Source of the DNA: Bradymonadia bacterium
GTDB lineage: Bacteria; Myxococcota_A; Bradymonadia; UBA7976; UBA1532
DNA: 64,000 nucleotides
Reading direction: 5' to 3'
NCBI GenBank assembly: GCA_046290225.1
Contig: JBKAGE010000050.1
Location: forward strand, 1-64,000
The notes beneath the pieces are model-generated. The model was given only the letters and a program-made list of their open reading frames with translations. It made no database searches and was not told where the DNA came from. The position numbers and the translations under genes were made by a program. Shown here one piece after another: positions 28,236-38,300 of this stretch (the first letter of the stretch is position 1; each line of letters opens with the position of its first letter).

Positions 28236-30878
28236 TCAGAAGTTCACGTCTGGGTTCGCCGCAGGTGCTGCCCATGCGTCATCAGTAGATACGCTGATCC
28301 CGCGGCCGCCGCCCACCGTTGAGTACTCACCCAGTGCATCATTGTCGACCCCACCAGAGATGGCAGAGCCGAGCCCCTCAGCATCTCCATTACCACCACC
28401 ACAGATGGCTGCGTATTGGCCGCTGGCTCGGTTGTTGATTCCACCAAGTACCCCGCTCGTTTCTCCATTGGCCTGGTTGAGGAAACCGCCAGCAACAGTT
28501 GATGTGGGTCCGGAGGCTGTGTTGTTCAAACCGCCGAGCACAGCAGCGTTGAGACCGCCAGCTGTGTTGTTAGAGCCACCAGCGACATGTGCACGGGCGC
28601 CAAGGCCGCGGTTGTTGTTACCACCACCAATGGAGGAGAGTGAGCCTACCGCGTCGCTCTCTACAAGGGCCCCATTGTCGAGTTCAAGGGTCTCTACGCT
28701 GTCCGCGGCCCCATCATTATTGGTGTCTACCAGTCGATAGAAGCCCTCAGCCGTGATGTTGCTCTGGCCGGAGAGCACGGCGCTGGCACCACCCCGCGTC
28801 TGGTTCAACGCTCCAGCAACAATGGTTGACTCGTTGCCGAGCGTGATGTTGCTGCTACCAGAAACAATTGCAGACTGTCCACCAAGGGTGCCATTCCCCT
28901 GGCCGGCGACGATGACTGAATTCAATGCCTGGGTCAGGTTGCCCTGGCCTGCGACGATGCTGCTCATGACACCATTGGCCCGGTTGCCGTTTCCGGAGAC
29001 GATGGTGGACAACGCACCGCCTTCAACAGTCTCGCTCGCAAGTGTGCCATCTGCATTGAAGACTCCACCCGTCACACGATCGATGGTGCCATCATTGTTG
29101 TCGTCGAAGGTGGCGTAGTTACCGGCCGAGGTCGTGTTCTGGCCACCGCCGACAATGATACTGCCCTCACCCTGTGCGGTGTTGCCGTAGCCGCTGACAA
29201 CCACCGAGCGCACACCACTGGAGACATTGGATTCACCACCCACTGCGATGGAGAAGGTGCCCCCAGCGTTGTTGTTGTTGCCACCCACAGTGATGGCGGC
29301 AACACCAGTCGCTTCGTTGAGTTGACCACCAATGGCAACAGCCACATCGGTGCGTGCAGCGTTGGCCAGGCCACCCACGACGATGCTGAAGAGGCCTTCC
29401 GAGATGCTGCCCTGGCCACCAAGGACCGAGGCGCCATTGCCAGCATTGGCGTTGCGGCTACCAGCGATAATCCCTCCATTGCCTACATAGCCATTGTCGT
29501 CACCGATGATGAGGTTGTGCGAGCCAGAACGCGAGCCACCGAAGCCTGCACCAGTGTTGGCATTGTAGCCAATGATCAAGTTGCCCAGTGCATTGGCGTT
29601 GTAGGTCGTACCGCCGCCATTGCGGAGGTGCAGGTTGACGCCGTCGAAGCGCACATCAGTGACCGTATCACCATCGAAGGTGAAGCTCGTCACCGCGGCG
29701 AGGGGTTGAATCTCAGTTTGGTATTCTGCTACCTGCGCTGCGAGACCTGCCTCGGTGTTGGCCAGCCGAGCCGACAGCCCCGGGTTCACCCCATCCCCGT
29801 TGATGGCCTGGAAGTTCGCCGTGCTTGTCTGCGTGTTCGCCGCCACCTCGTTTTGCAGGTTGGTGATCGCCTGACCTTGAGTCGTCTGCGCCTGGGACAA
29901 GCCGTCCACCGTCTGCAACAGAGTGCTCTGCGTCGTCTCCACCGCCGTCACGCGGTCCACCACTGCGTTGATGAGATCCGTGTTGGCTGTGATGGTGGTC
30001 TCGTTTGCCGTGATCGCCTGCGCTTGCTGGGTGTTCGTCGTCTCGATGGCCGTGGCCCGATCGCCGAGGGCGTTGATGGCCTCTGCGTTGGTCGTGATCG
30101 AGGCGCCGTTGGCGGCGATGGCCTCGTTGTTGGCCGTGATCGAGGCACCTTGTTGGACCAGCTGCTCGCCCTGGGCCGTCGCGGCCGTCTCTGCGGCGTC
30201 GAGGCGATCCGTGAGGGCGGTGATCGTGGTGGCCTGCATTTCTGCCGTCGCCTCTGCGGCGTCGAGTCGATCCGTGAGAGCGGTGATCGTGGCCGCTTGA
30301 GTTTCGATGGTGCTCTGGGCATCGGCGAGGTTGCCTTCGAGGGCCGTGATGCGACCCAGGATCTCGTCGAGGGCGCCCTGCACGTTATCGGCCTGAAGCC
30401 CACCATCACCCGTGTTGTAGGGCACCTCAACTGCAGTGGAAGGCACCGCCAGCTCCGTGACCACGTCGTCGAAGCTGCGACCGTCGAGCTGAGTGGCGTT
30501 GTCTGCCGTGGCCGCCCGGAAGGCGTAGGGCAGGCTGGTGATCAGCGAGCGAGGATCGAGGGTCTCGTCGTTGGCGGTCACCTGCAGCCAGTACTGGGCG
30601 CCGTCGAGGAGGGTGGGCAGATCTGCGTCGGTGCCCAGCTCCACGGAGAAGTGGCCCTCGATCACCATGACCTCGGTGAACGACTCGGTGAACACCGCGG
30701 TGCCACCGGTGGGGGCGTCGTAGATCTCGAAGGTGAGATCTACAGTGCCGTCGATCGGGCCTTCTCCCGTGGACAGCTCGCCGGTGTAGACGAAGGTGCT
30801 GGGCACCTGAGCGCTCGCGGTGGACGTCAGCCCCAGGAGGGCGACGCAAGCGAGTGCGATCCATCTGCAAAATTTCAC
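28236..30878 (-). CDS. Secreted trimeric fibre/adhesin-like protein (N-terminal 'YxG..PYA' domain, coiled-coil stalk, YadA/Hep-Hag-like GGxxN repeats)
   Basis: GAGGAGG RBS and GTG start, signal peptide ending ASA-Q, 'YTGEL...TFEIYDAPTGG...FSVELG...LPYAFRA', heptads rich in I/N/L, many 'vvgG..N.A.G' repeats. Confidence 0.8.
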   Translation of the reverse strand: MKFCRWIALACVALLGLTSTASAQVPSTFVYTGELSTGEGPIDGTVDLTFEIYDAPTGGTAVFTESFTEVMVIEGHFSVELGTDADLPTLLDGAQYWLQVTANDETLDPRSLITSLPYAFRAATADNATQLDGRSFDDVVTELAVPSTAVEVPYNTGDGGLQADNVQGALDEILGRITALEGNLADAQSTIETQAATITALTDRLDAAEATAEMQATTITALTDRLDAAETAATAQGEQLVQQGASITANNEAIAANGASITTNAEAINALGDRATAIETTNTQQAQAITANETTITANTDLINAVVDRVTAVETTQSTLLQTVDGLSQAQTTQGQAITNLQNEVAANTQTSTANFQAINGDGVNPGLSARLANTEAGLAAQVAEYQTEIQPLAAVTSFTFDGDTVTDVRFDGVNLHLRNGGGTTYNANALGNLIIGYNANTGAGFGGSRSGSHNLIIGDDNGYVGNGGIIAGSRNANAGNGASVLGGQGSISEGLFSIVVGGLANAARTDVAVAIGGQLNEATGVAAITVGGNNNNAGGTFSIAVGGESNVSSGVRSVVVSGYGNTAQGEGSIIVGGGQNTTSAGNYATFDDNNDGTIDRVTGGVFNADGTLASETVEGGALSTIVSGNGNRANGVMSSIVAGQGNLTQALNSVIVAGQGNGTLGGQSAIVSGSSNITLGNESTIVAGALNQTRGGASAVLSGQSNITAEGFYRLVDTNNDGAADSVETLELDNGALVESDAVGSLSSIGGGNNNRGLGARAHVAGGSNNTAGGLNAAVLGGLNNTASGPTSTVAGGFLNQANGETSGVLGGINNRASGQYAAICGGGNGDAEGLGSAISGGVDNDALGEYSTVGGGRGISVSTDDAWAAPAANPDVNF

Positions 30879-30920
30879 GTCGGCCTCCTCAGGCGAGTGG
30901 GGACATGGAGCGGAACAGTT

Positions 30921-31304
30921 TCAGTTGCCAGCGCCGGCTTCGCCTTGTCGGCTCAGCGGGCTCGCAGGGGACAGTCGGTAGGTAGGCCCCGCAGAAGCGC
31001 CGGGCTCGGGGCCGGTGTGGATCTGGCCCTTCAGGCGGAAGCTGGGCCCCTCGAGGGTGCCACCGCCGGGACGCAGCTGACCGCGCAGGCGCAGCCGTAG
31101 ATCAGCATCGGGGCGCAGATCTGCGTCAGGCGTACCAGCGTCTCCGCCGATGATGCCGCCGTCGCCGCCAAGGCCACCATCGAGGTTGGCCACGCCCTGG
31201 TCAGCGAGGGGCTGACCATCGGCAGGGTTGTCGGGATCACCACAACCCGCCATGGTGAGGGCGGCCGTGAGCACGAGCATCAACGGTGAAGCATATGTAC
31301 GCAT
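30921..31304 (-). CDS. Small lipoprotein upstream of the fibre gene
   Basis: Lipobox MAGC, Gly/Asp linker, C-terminal twice-repeated 'G(T/A)..GP(S/T)(F/Y)RL' strand motif. Confidence 0.7.
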   Translation of the reverse strand: MRTYASPLMLVLTAALTMAGCGDPDNPADGQPLADQGVANLDGGLGGDGGIIGGDAGTPDADLRPDADLRLRLRGQLRPGGGTLEGPSFRLKGQIHTGPEPGASAGPTYRLSPASPLSRQGEAGAGN

Positions 31305-31366
31305 ATCCGCAACGTACGCCCGTCCTGGTGTCCAGAGCAACCCGTCATGAGGGAGGGAGAGCATCC

Positions 31367-32191
31367 ATGTGGCCTACTCGAGCGGCAACCATCTGCCTGT
31401 TGACCGTGAGCCTTACAGGCCTTGCCCAGGGGCAAGCACCAGAGGCGAAGGCGCCCGCGGCGTTCAGCAAGGGCCTTGAGGCGGTGAACGCCGGCCGCTG
31501 GGCCGAGACCATCGATCACATGACCATCGTGCTCAACGGTGAGGCTGAGGAGGCGTATCGACTCCAGGCCCTGGTGGCCGTGTCCAGAGCGGAGCGGGCC
31601 CTGGGGCGGGAGAAGGCCGCAGATGGCCGTTGCGTTGAGGTGGACAAGCGCTTTGCCCAGCTTTCTGTCGCGCAACAGCAGAAGCTGTGGCTCGAGACCA
31701 GGGCTGCCGTGACCGAGGCCCGGTTCTGCATGGCGGAGGCGCTCCTGCGCACCCTGTCTCCTCTCGAAGGGCAGGATCTCACTCAGATCGCCCCTGCTAT
31801 GCAGAAAAGGATAATGGGTGTCACTGAGCTGGCTCAGCTCTACCAGAAGGTTTTGCTGTTGGAGGACCCGCACTGGTCTGTCGCCGCCATGGTGCGGCTG
31901 GGGCAGATCTATGTGGCGCTCGCGGACGAGGTGCAGGCGGTGCCGGCGCCGAAGGGTTTGCAGCCGGAGCAACAGAAAATCTTCACTGAACAGCTTGCCA
32001 AATCCATGAGGCCAATGCGCGAACAAGGGAAGGTGTTCTTCGAAAAGGCCGTCACCCACGCTGAGGAGAAACAGATCGATGGTGAGTGGGTGTCATTGGC
32101 AAAAAAGAGCGTCGCTGCACTGAAGGCGAACACCCCAGTGCCTTCTTTCAAGGCACCCAAAAATGCGCCCCTGAAGATGCCTCACCGCTGA
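31367..32191 (+). CDS. Exported TPR-like helical protein resembling the C-terminal module of myxobacterial gliding TPR proteins
   Basis: Signal peptide; 'YQKVL....WSVAAMVRLGQIY..LAD.V...PAP.GL....' helical repeats; GGAG RBS. Confidence 0.65.
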   Translation: MWPTRAATICLLTVSLTGLAQGQAPEAKAPAAFSKGLEAVNAGRWAETIDHMTIVLNGEAEEAYRLQALVAVSRAERALGREKAADGRCVEVDKRFAQLSVAQQQKLWLETRAAVTEARFCMAEALLRTLSPLEGQDLTQIAPAMQKRIMGVTELAQLYQKVLLLEDPHWSVAAMVRLGQIYVALADEVQAVPAPKGLQPEQQKIFTEQLAKSMRPMREQGKVFFEKAVTHAEEKQIDGEWVSLAKKSVAALKANTPVPSFKAPKNAPLKMPHR

Positions 32192-32302
32192 CTGCCTGTC
32201 GGGGGCTTCACCGCTCGAACATCACAAAAACACCACCCGATTTGCCTTCTGCCCCTCCGCTGCACGTTGTGACTACGACTGACTCGGAGAGGAAGATTGC
32301 AC

Positions 32303-35300
32303 ATGCGTGAATGGTTGAAGCGCTCGACGCGGCCACTGACCCTGACGATCGGGATGGCTGCCCTGGCTCTGGGGACCGCCAACGCCCAGACGGGGATCAG
32401 CGACGATCGGGTGAGTTTGCCCGAGGGTCCGGGGTCTTTCGAAGGGGTGGGGGACAATGCCCTCGCAGTAGGCAACACCGGTGACATGTCCTACGGCGTG
32501 CCCTTCGTCGTGGCGCCTGGGTACGCCACGGCCACGCCGTCTCTGGGGCTGAGCTACAGCAGCTCCGGCGGCAACGGGCTGGTGGGCATGGGGTGGTCCA
32601 TGGGGTTGCCTCACATCGAGCGGATGACCAGCAAGCGCCTGCCGGACTACACCGAAGACGACACCTTCATCTTCGGGGGCACCGAGCTGGTCCGCATCAG
32701 CGATGGTGAGCCTGCGGAGTACCGCGCCCGCTTCGAAGGCAGCTTCACCCGCTACTTCTGGCATCAGCGAGATGTTGAAGGGGGCGGCTACTGGAGGGTG
32801 CTGCTCCCTGACGGCGGGGTGGCCTGGTACGGTGCTGATGCCGCAGGGCAGATCGACTACGACAGCCGCTTTGAAGGTGCAGCTGGCGTGTTCCGCTGGC
32901 ACCTCGTGGAGCAGCAGGACAAGTTCGACCACCCGATTCGCTATCAATACACCGTCCTCGACGCCCGGCCCTATCTGAGCCGGGTGGACTACCTCTTCGA
33001 TACGAGCGGCAATGCCAACGCTCACATAGAGCTCGATTACGAAGCACGGGCGGATCTCGTCTCCGATGCCCGGAGCGGCATCAACGAGATCATGTCGAGC
33101 CGCCTCACTTCAGTGCGGGCCTACAGCGGGGAAGCGCAGTTTCGCCGTTATGACCTCACCTATGAGGACTACCCCGAATCCGGTGGTGTGAGCCGCCTCG
33201 CCGGGGTGGAGCAGATGGGGCTCAACGGCACCCCCTTCGAGACCACTGTGTCTTTCGAGTACAGCGCTCCCCTCACCGTGGGCGACGCCGTCATCGTGGA
33301 TATGGGTCAGGTGGGGGCCAGCCCCATCACTGGTGATGCCACCCTCGTGGATCTCAACGGCGACGCTCTGCCTGACATGGTGGACACTTCTCAACCGGGG
33401 GCCCACCGCATCTACCTCAACACGCTCCAGAGCGACGGCACCCATCAGTTCGGTGCCGCCATCGAGAGCGCCCGTGGGGCCCGTGCGGGTCATCAGCTCA
33501 GCAGCCCCTATGTGCAAATGCTCGACATCGACGGCGATGGCAGAGCTGACCTGGTGAACGTGCAGACCGGGCAGGTCCTGCTCAACAAGGGCGGCGCTGC
33601 CGGCAGCGACTGGAGCGCACTGCTCGATCTCAACGCTGTTGATGCGCTGCCGAACTTCGGCGCTGATGGCGAGATTGGGGGCGACGAGCTCTCGAGCATC
33701 CGGTTCTTCGATTACGACAATGACCGCCGCATCGATGTGATCCGCTCCACCGATGTCAGCACCGAGATCTTCGCCAACATCGGCGATGGTTTCGAGCAGG
33801 TGCAGGGTATCGAGGCCCTGGGCTACGGCTTCGAGACCAGCCGTCTAGAGCTTTCTGACATCACCGGTGACGGCCTGCTCGACGCCACGGTGGTGGCCGC
33901 CGGCAGCCTCAGCTACCGGGTGAACCTCGGCCACGGGCGCTGGAGCGCCGAGCGTACCATCATCGATCTGCCCTACACCCAAGAGCAGCTCGACGACGTT
34001 GAACTCGAAGACATCAACGGCGACAGCCTGGACGACATCGTCATCGTGCGGTCGGGGCAGATTCAGTTCGCCCTCAACCGTGGTGGCTACCGCTTCGACG
34101 CCTTCGAGACGGTGAACACCGCTGGCGGGCAGGCGCTGCCCGAGGTGCTCGACAACACCTCGGTGCTCTTCGCAGACATGAACGGCAGCGGCAGCGACGA
34201 TGTGGTCTACATCGCTGCGGATGGCGGGGTGCAGTACGTAGAGCTGTTCCCCCAGCGGCCCCACCTGCTGACCCACATCACCAACAGCCACGGGGTGACC
34301 CAGCGCATTCAATACACCACCGCCGCCGAGGCCCTCGCCGAAGACGACACTGAGTGGGCCTATGCGCTGCCATTCCCCATGCTCATGGTGAGCCGCATCG
34401 ACGTCTCTGACACCGTGACCCCGGTGGTGGAGACCACCACCTACAATTACCGTGACGCCTACTACGATGCCGACGAGAAGCAGTTCCGGGGCTTCGCCTA
34501 CATGACGAGCCGCGAGATCGGCGACGCGAGCCAGCCCGACACGGTGAGGATCGACACGTACGATCTGGGACAGGCCGACAGCTACTACAACGGTTTGCAG
34601 CTGACCTCCGCCACGTACAGCGGCGATGACCTTGAGCGGCCCATGGCCACGGTGACGTACGCGTACACCGATTGCGCCATCGGCGACGCGCCAGCGAACA
34701 CCACCCCACCCATTCGCTTCGTGTGCAAGATCGCCGAAGAGACCACTGTGCAGGAGGGCGGCCCCGCCAGTGAGGCGGTGACGATGCGCACCGAGCTGCA
34801 ATACGGCGACTTCGGTGAGCTGATCGCGGAGACCAGCCTCGGGGTGGTCTCAGTGGGTGGCAGCGGTTGCGGTGTATGCCCTGACGATGGGCTCTTCGGT
34901 ACGCCCTGTGGTGCGCAGTGCCTCGGTGACGAGCGCTATGCCGAGCGCGCCTTCATCGCCCCAACCGACATCGAAGGCGGGCGCTGGATCGTGGGGTTGC
35001 CCACCCATCAGCGAGAGCGCGGGGTGGCCAACAGCGATGTCTACGCTGAGACGCGCTTCTACTACGACGGTGATGGCTTCGAAGGTCTGCCCGCAGGCAG
35101 CGCCACCTTGGGTCTGATGGCACGGAGCGAGGCGCTGGTGTCGGCAGACAGCGCGGTGACGATGTCCATGTTGCGTTATGACGCACACGGGAACGTCGTC
35201 GAGGCCCTCGACGCCGATGCGCCGGGTGACGCGGCGGGCTACCGAGCCCGCACTGTCTACGACGACCTGGGTTTGCTGATCGTCGCCGAGGAGCGGGAGA

Positions 35301-38300
35301 ACTTCGACCCCGAGGGCAACGTCTACACCTTGCGCCGCGAGACGACCTACGAGCCCGTCTTCGGGCAGCCGCAAACCAGCAGCAACTGGTTCGTGGTGGG
35401 CGACGACGCGTCCCCCAGCGTCGCCGAGTATCGCTACGATGACTTCGGCCGTGTGCGAGCCGTCATCATGCCCGGCGACGATGCCGCTACGCCGAGTGTG
35501 GAGTACGACTACGCCTACGAGGGATCCATCACCTCCATGAGCCGGCGCCAGCGCACCACGCTCAACGCCGCCGACACCGAGCGTCATCAGGTGCAGTGTT
35601 TCGACGCCGCCGGGCGGCTGTTCCAGGACCGGGTACGCCTCGGCGGCGATCGCTACCAGGTGTCGGATCATGTGGTCCTCAACAGCAGCGGAGATGTCTG
35701 GCGGCGTTACGTGAACTATGAGGCCGACGGCGCTGGCTGCCAGCTCGAAGCTCCCGAGGGCACGCCCTACTTCGAGAACACCTTCGACGCCCTTGGGCGC
35801 CCACTGAGCACGACCTTGCCCGACGGTGAGCTCTTCGATGGCGCCAGCTCAGTGCGCACGATGACCTATCGGCCTCTCACCAAGGTGTTCACCGACGCCG
35901 AGGACAACGCAGGCGAGGCCTCGTCACCCACCGTTCGGTACTTCGATGGCGCGGGCCGCCTCGTGCGACAGACCTACATGCGCGCCGACGGCGAGGACGT
36001 AGACTACACCTATCGCTACGACAGCCTGGGCCGGGTGGTGCGGATCATCGACCCCGAGGGCAACGTACGTGAGCAGGCCTTCGACCTGCTCGGTCAGCTG
36101 CTCTGGTCCGAAGATGCTGATCGCGGCCGTACGCAGTACACCTACGACGAGGCGGGCCTCATCGCCGAGACGACCGACGGCGCGGGCCGGCGCGTGCGGC
36201 AGAGCCACGACCGCCTCAAGCGGCGCACCGCCATCTGGGATCCGGAGGATGAGGCAGGCACCAAAGCCAGCTTCCTCTACGATCTCGGCGCTCAGTGTCC
36301 TGAGGGTTTCTGTACCCACCCCGCAGAGGCCCTCGTGGGGGTCAACTACATCGCCGGTGACCACACGGTGGAGCTCTGGTACGGCCGCGACGCCCGCCGG
36401 CGCATCGAGCAGGTGCGCTGGGTCATCGATGGTGTGCCCGTCGACGCCTCGATCACCTATGACAACATCTCCCGGGTGATCTCGGAGACCTACCCCGGTG
36501 ACATCACCCTCGATTACACCTACGACGTCGGGGATCGGGTGAGCAGCATCGCCGGCATCGTCGACGCCATGGCGTACAGCGAGCTGGGCCCTCTGACCTC
36601 GATTCAGTACGCCAACGGGGTGCAGGAGACCTTCGACCGCAACGTGCTCAGCCAGACCACTCGGCGCCTCGTAGAGGGCCCTGACGGGGCGCCGGTCCTC
36701 GATCTGGCTTACCAGTACAACCGCTCCGGCTTGATGGCGGAGATCATCGACCAGGCGCCGCCCCGTGCGGGTCCTGGCCGCTCGGCGCGCTTCACCTACG
36801 ACGATCTCTACCGGCTCGTGGAGGCCGATCTGGACGCCGACCGGGCCGACTTCGCCGAGACCCTCAGCTACACCTACAGCGCCAACAGCAAGCTCACCAG
36901 CAAGTCGTCCTCTCGTGGGGCCTCCAGCAGCCTGCACCAGGGCGCGTACACCTACGGCGAGGGCGCTGGCCCCAACGCCCTCACTCAGGCCGGTGAGCTC
37001 ACCTTCGCCTACGACGCTGCGGGGCTGATGACCCGCCGAGGCGACACCGAGTACAGCTGGGATTACATGGGCCGCCTCGTCTCGGCGCAGCGCGATGGCG
37101 AGATTTTGGCGAAGTATGCCTACGCCCCCTCAGGGCAGCGGATCATCCGCGAGTCCGGCGCCCACCTCGCCTGGGAGCTGACCCCGGCCTTCGAGATCGA
37201 AGATGGCATGCTGCTCGCCCATGTGCGTCACAACAGCAAGCGCGTCGCCACCATCGAGGTAGACACGCTGGCGACCTCGGTGTTGCCCAACCCCATGGAC
37301 GACGGCGTCATCGACATCGCCGACGCTGTGCTCACCGCCGACAGCGACACCGACGCCATCGCCGAGCGCAGCCTGTCTTCGAGTGTGCGCCGCATGCTGC
37401 TCGACGGTGAGCAGCGGATCACCTGGTACCACGACGATCACACCCGCAGCACCGCGGCCATCACCGATGCTGATGGTCAGGTGGTGGAGCAGCGGTCATA
37501 CGCCCCCTATGGCATGGCCCGACACACCGACAGCGGTCAGGAGACCAGCTACGGGTACACCGGACGCCACACAGATCGGGACATCGGCCTGACCTACATG
37601 GGCAGCCGCTACTATGACCCCGCCGTGGGCCGCTGGACGGCGCCCGATCCCGGGCTGATCGTGTTCTCTGAGGGCGATCTGGCCACCCCGATCCAGTTCA
37701 CTGACAGCTACGGCTACACCCAGGGCAACCCGGTCAACCTCTACGACGCCGACGGCAACAACGCCGTGGGCGCCTTCGCCCTCGCCGGCGTGGGCCTGAT
37801 CACCAACTTCCTCACCGCAGGCACGAGCAACATCGCTGGGGCCATCATCGGTGGGGTGACGGGCCTGGTGTCGAGCGTGACTCAGGAGGTGATGCGCTAC
37901 AAGGTGGGCAAGGTGAAGCCAACTGTGTGGGCGGTGACGAAGTCCATCGGCACAGTCGTGTGGAGCACCTTCATCCACACCATGGTGGGTGGCGCTCTCG
38001 GCGTGCCCTGGGCCCTGGCCGACACGGGCAGAGCTGCTGCGCAGACCTACATCAGCTATCGGAGCTACAAGACCTACAAAGACGGTGCCCCCACCTCTTC
38101 GACGACGAAGTGGGAGGTGGCCAACGCCATCGTGGGCATCGCCAGCCCCAACCTGCTGAACTCCGCCACCGCAGTGCGCTCGGTGACCGCAGGCTTGAAG
38201 GGCGTCTACAACGCCGTGAGCATCGTCTACAAGGGGTGGAGGAGGCGCCGGGCGGAGCGGGCGGCGCGTAGGCGGTACGTCATGGGGGCGCTCAAGGCCC

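Noticed and set aside
29322..31100. 592-aa + strand ORF and many similar long overlapping ORFs
   Set aside because: Antisense shadows typical of high-GC coding DNA; the opposite strand carries the RBS, signal peptide and motifs.
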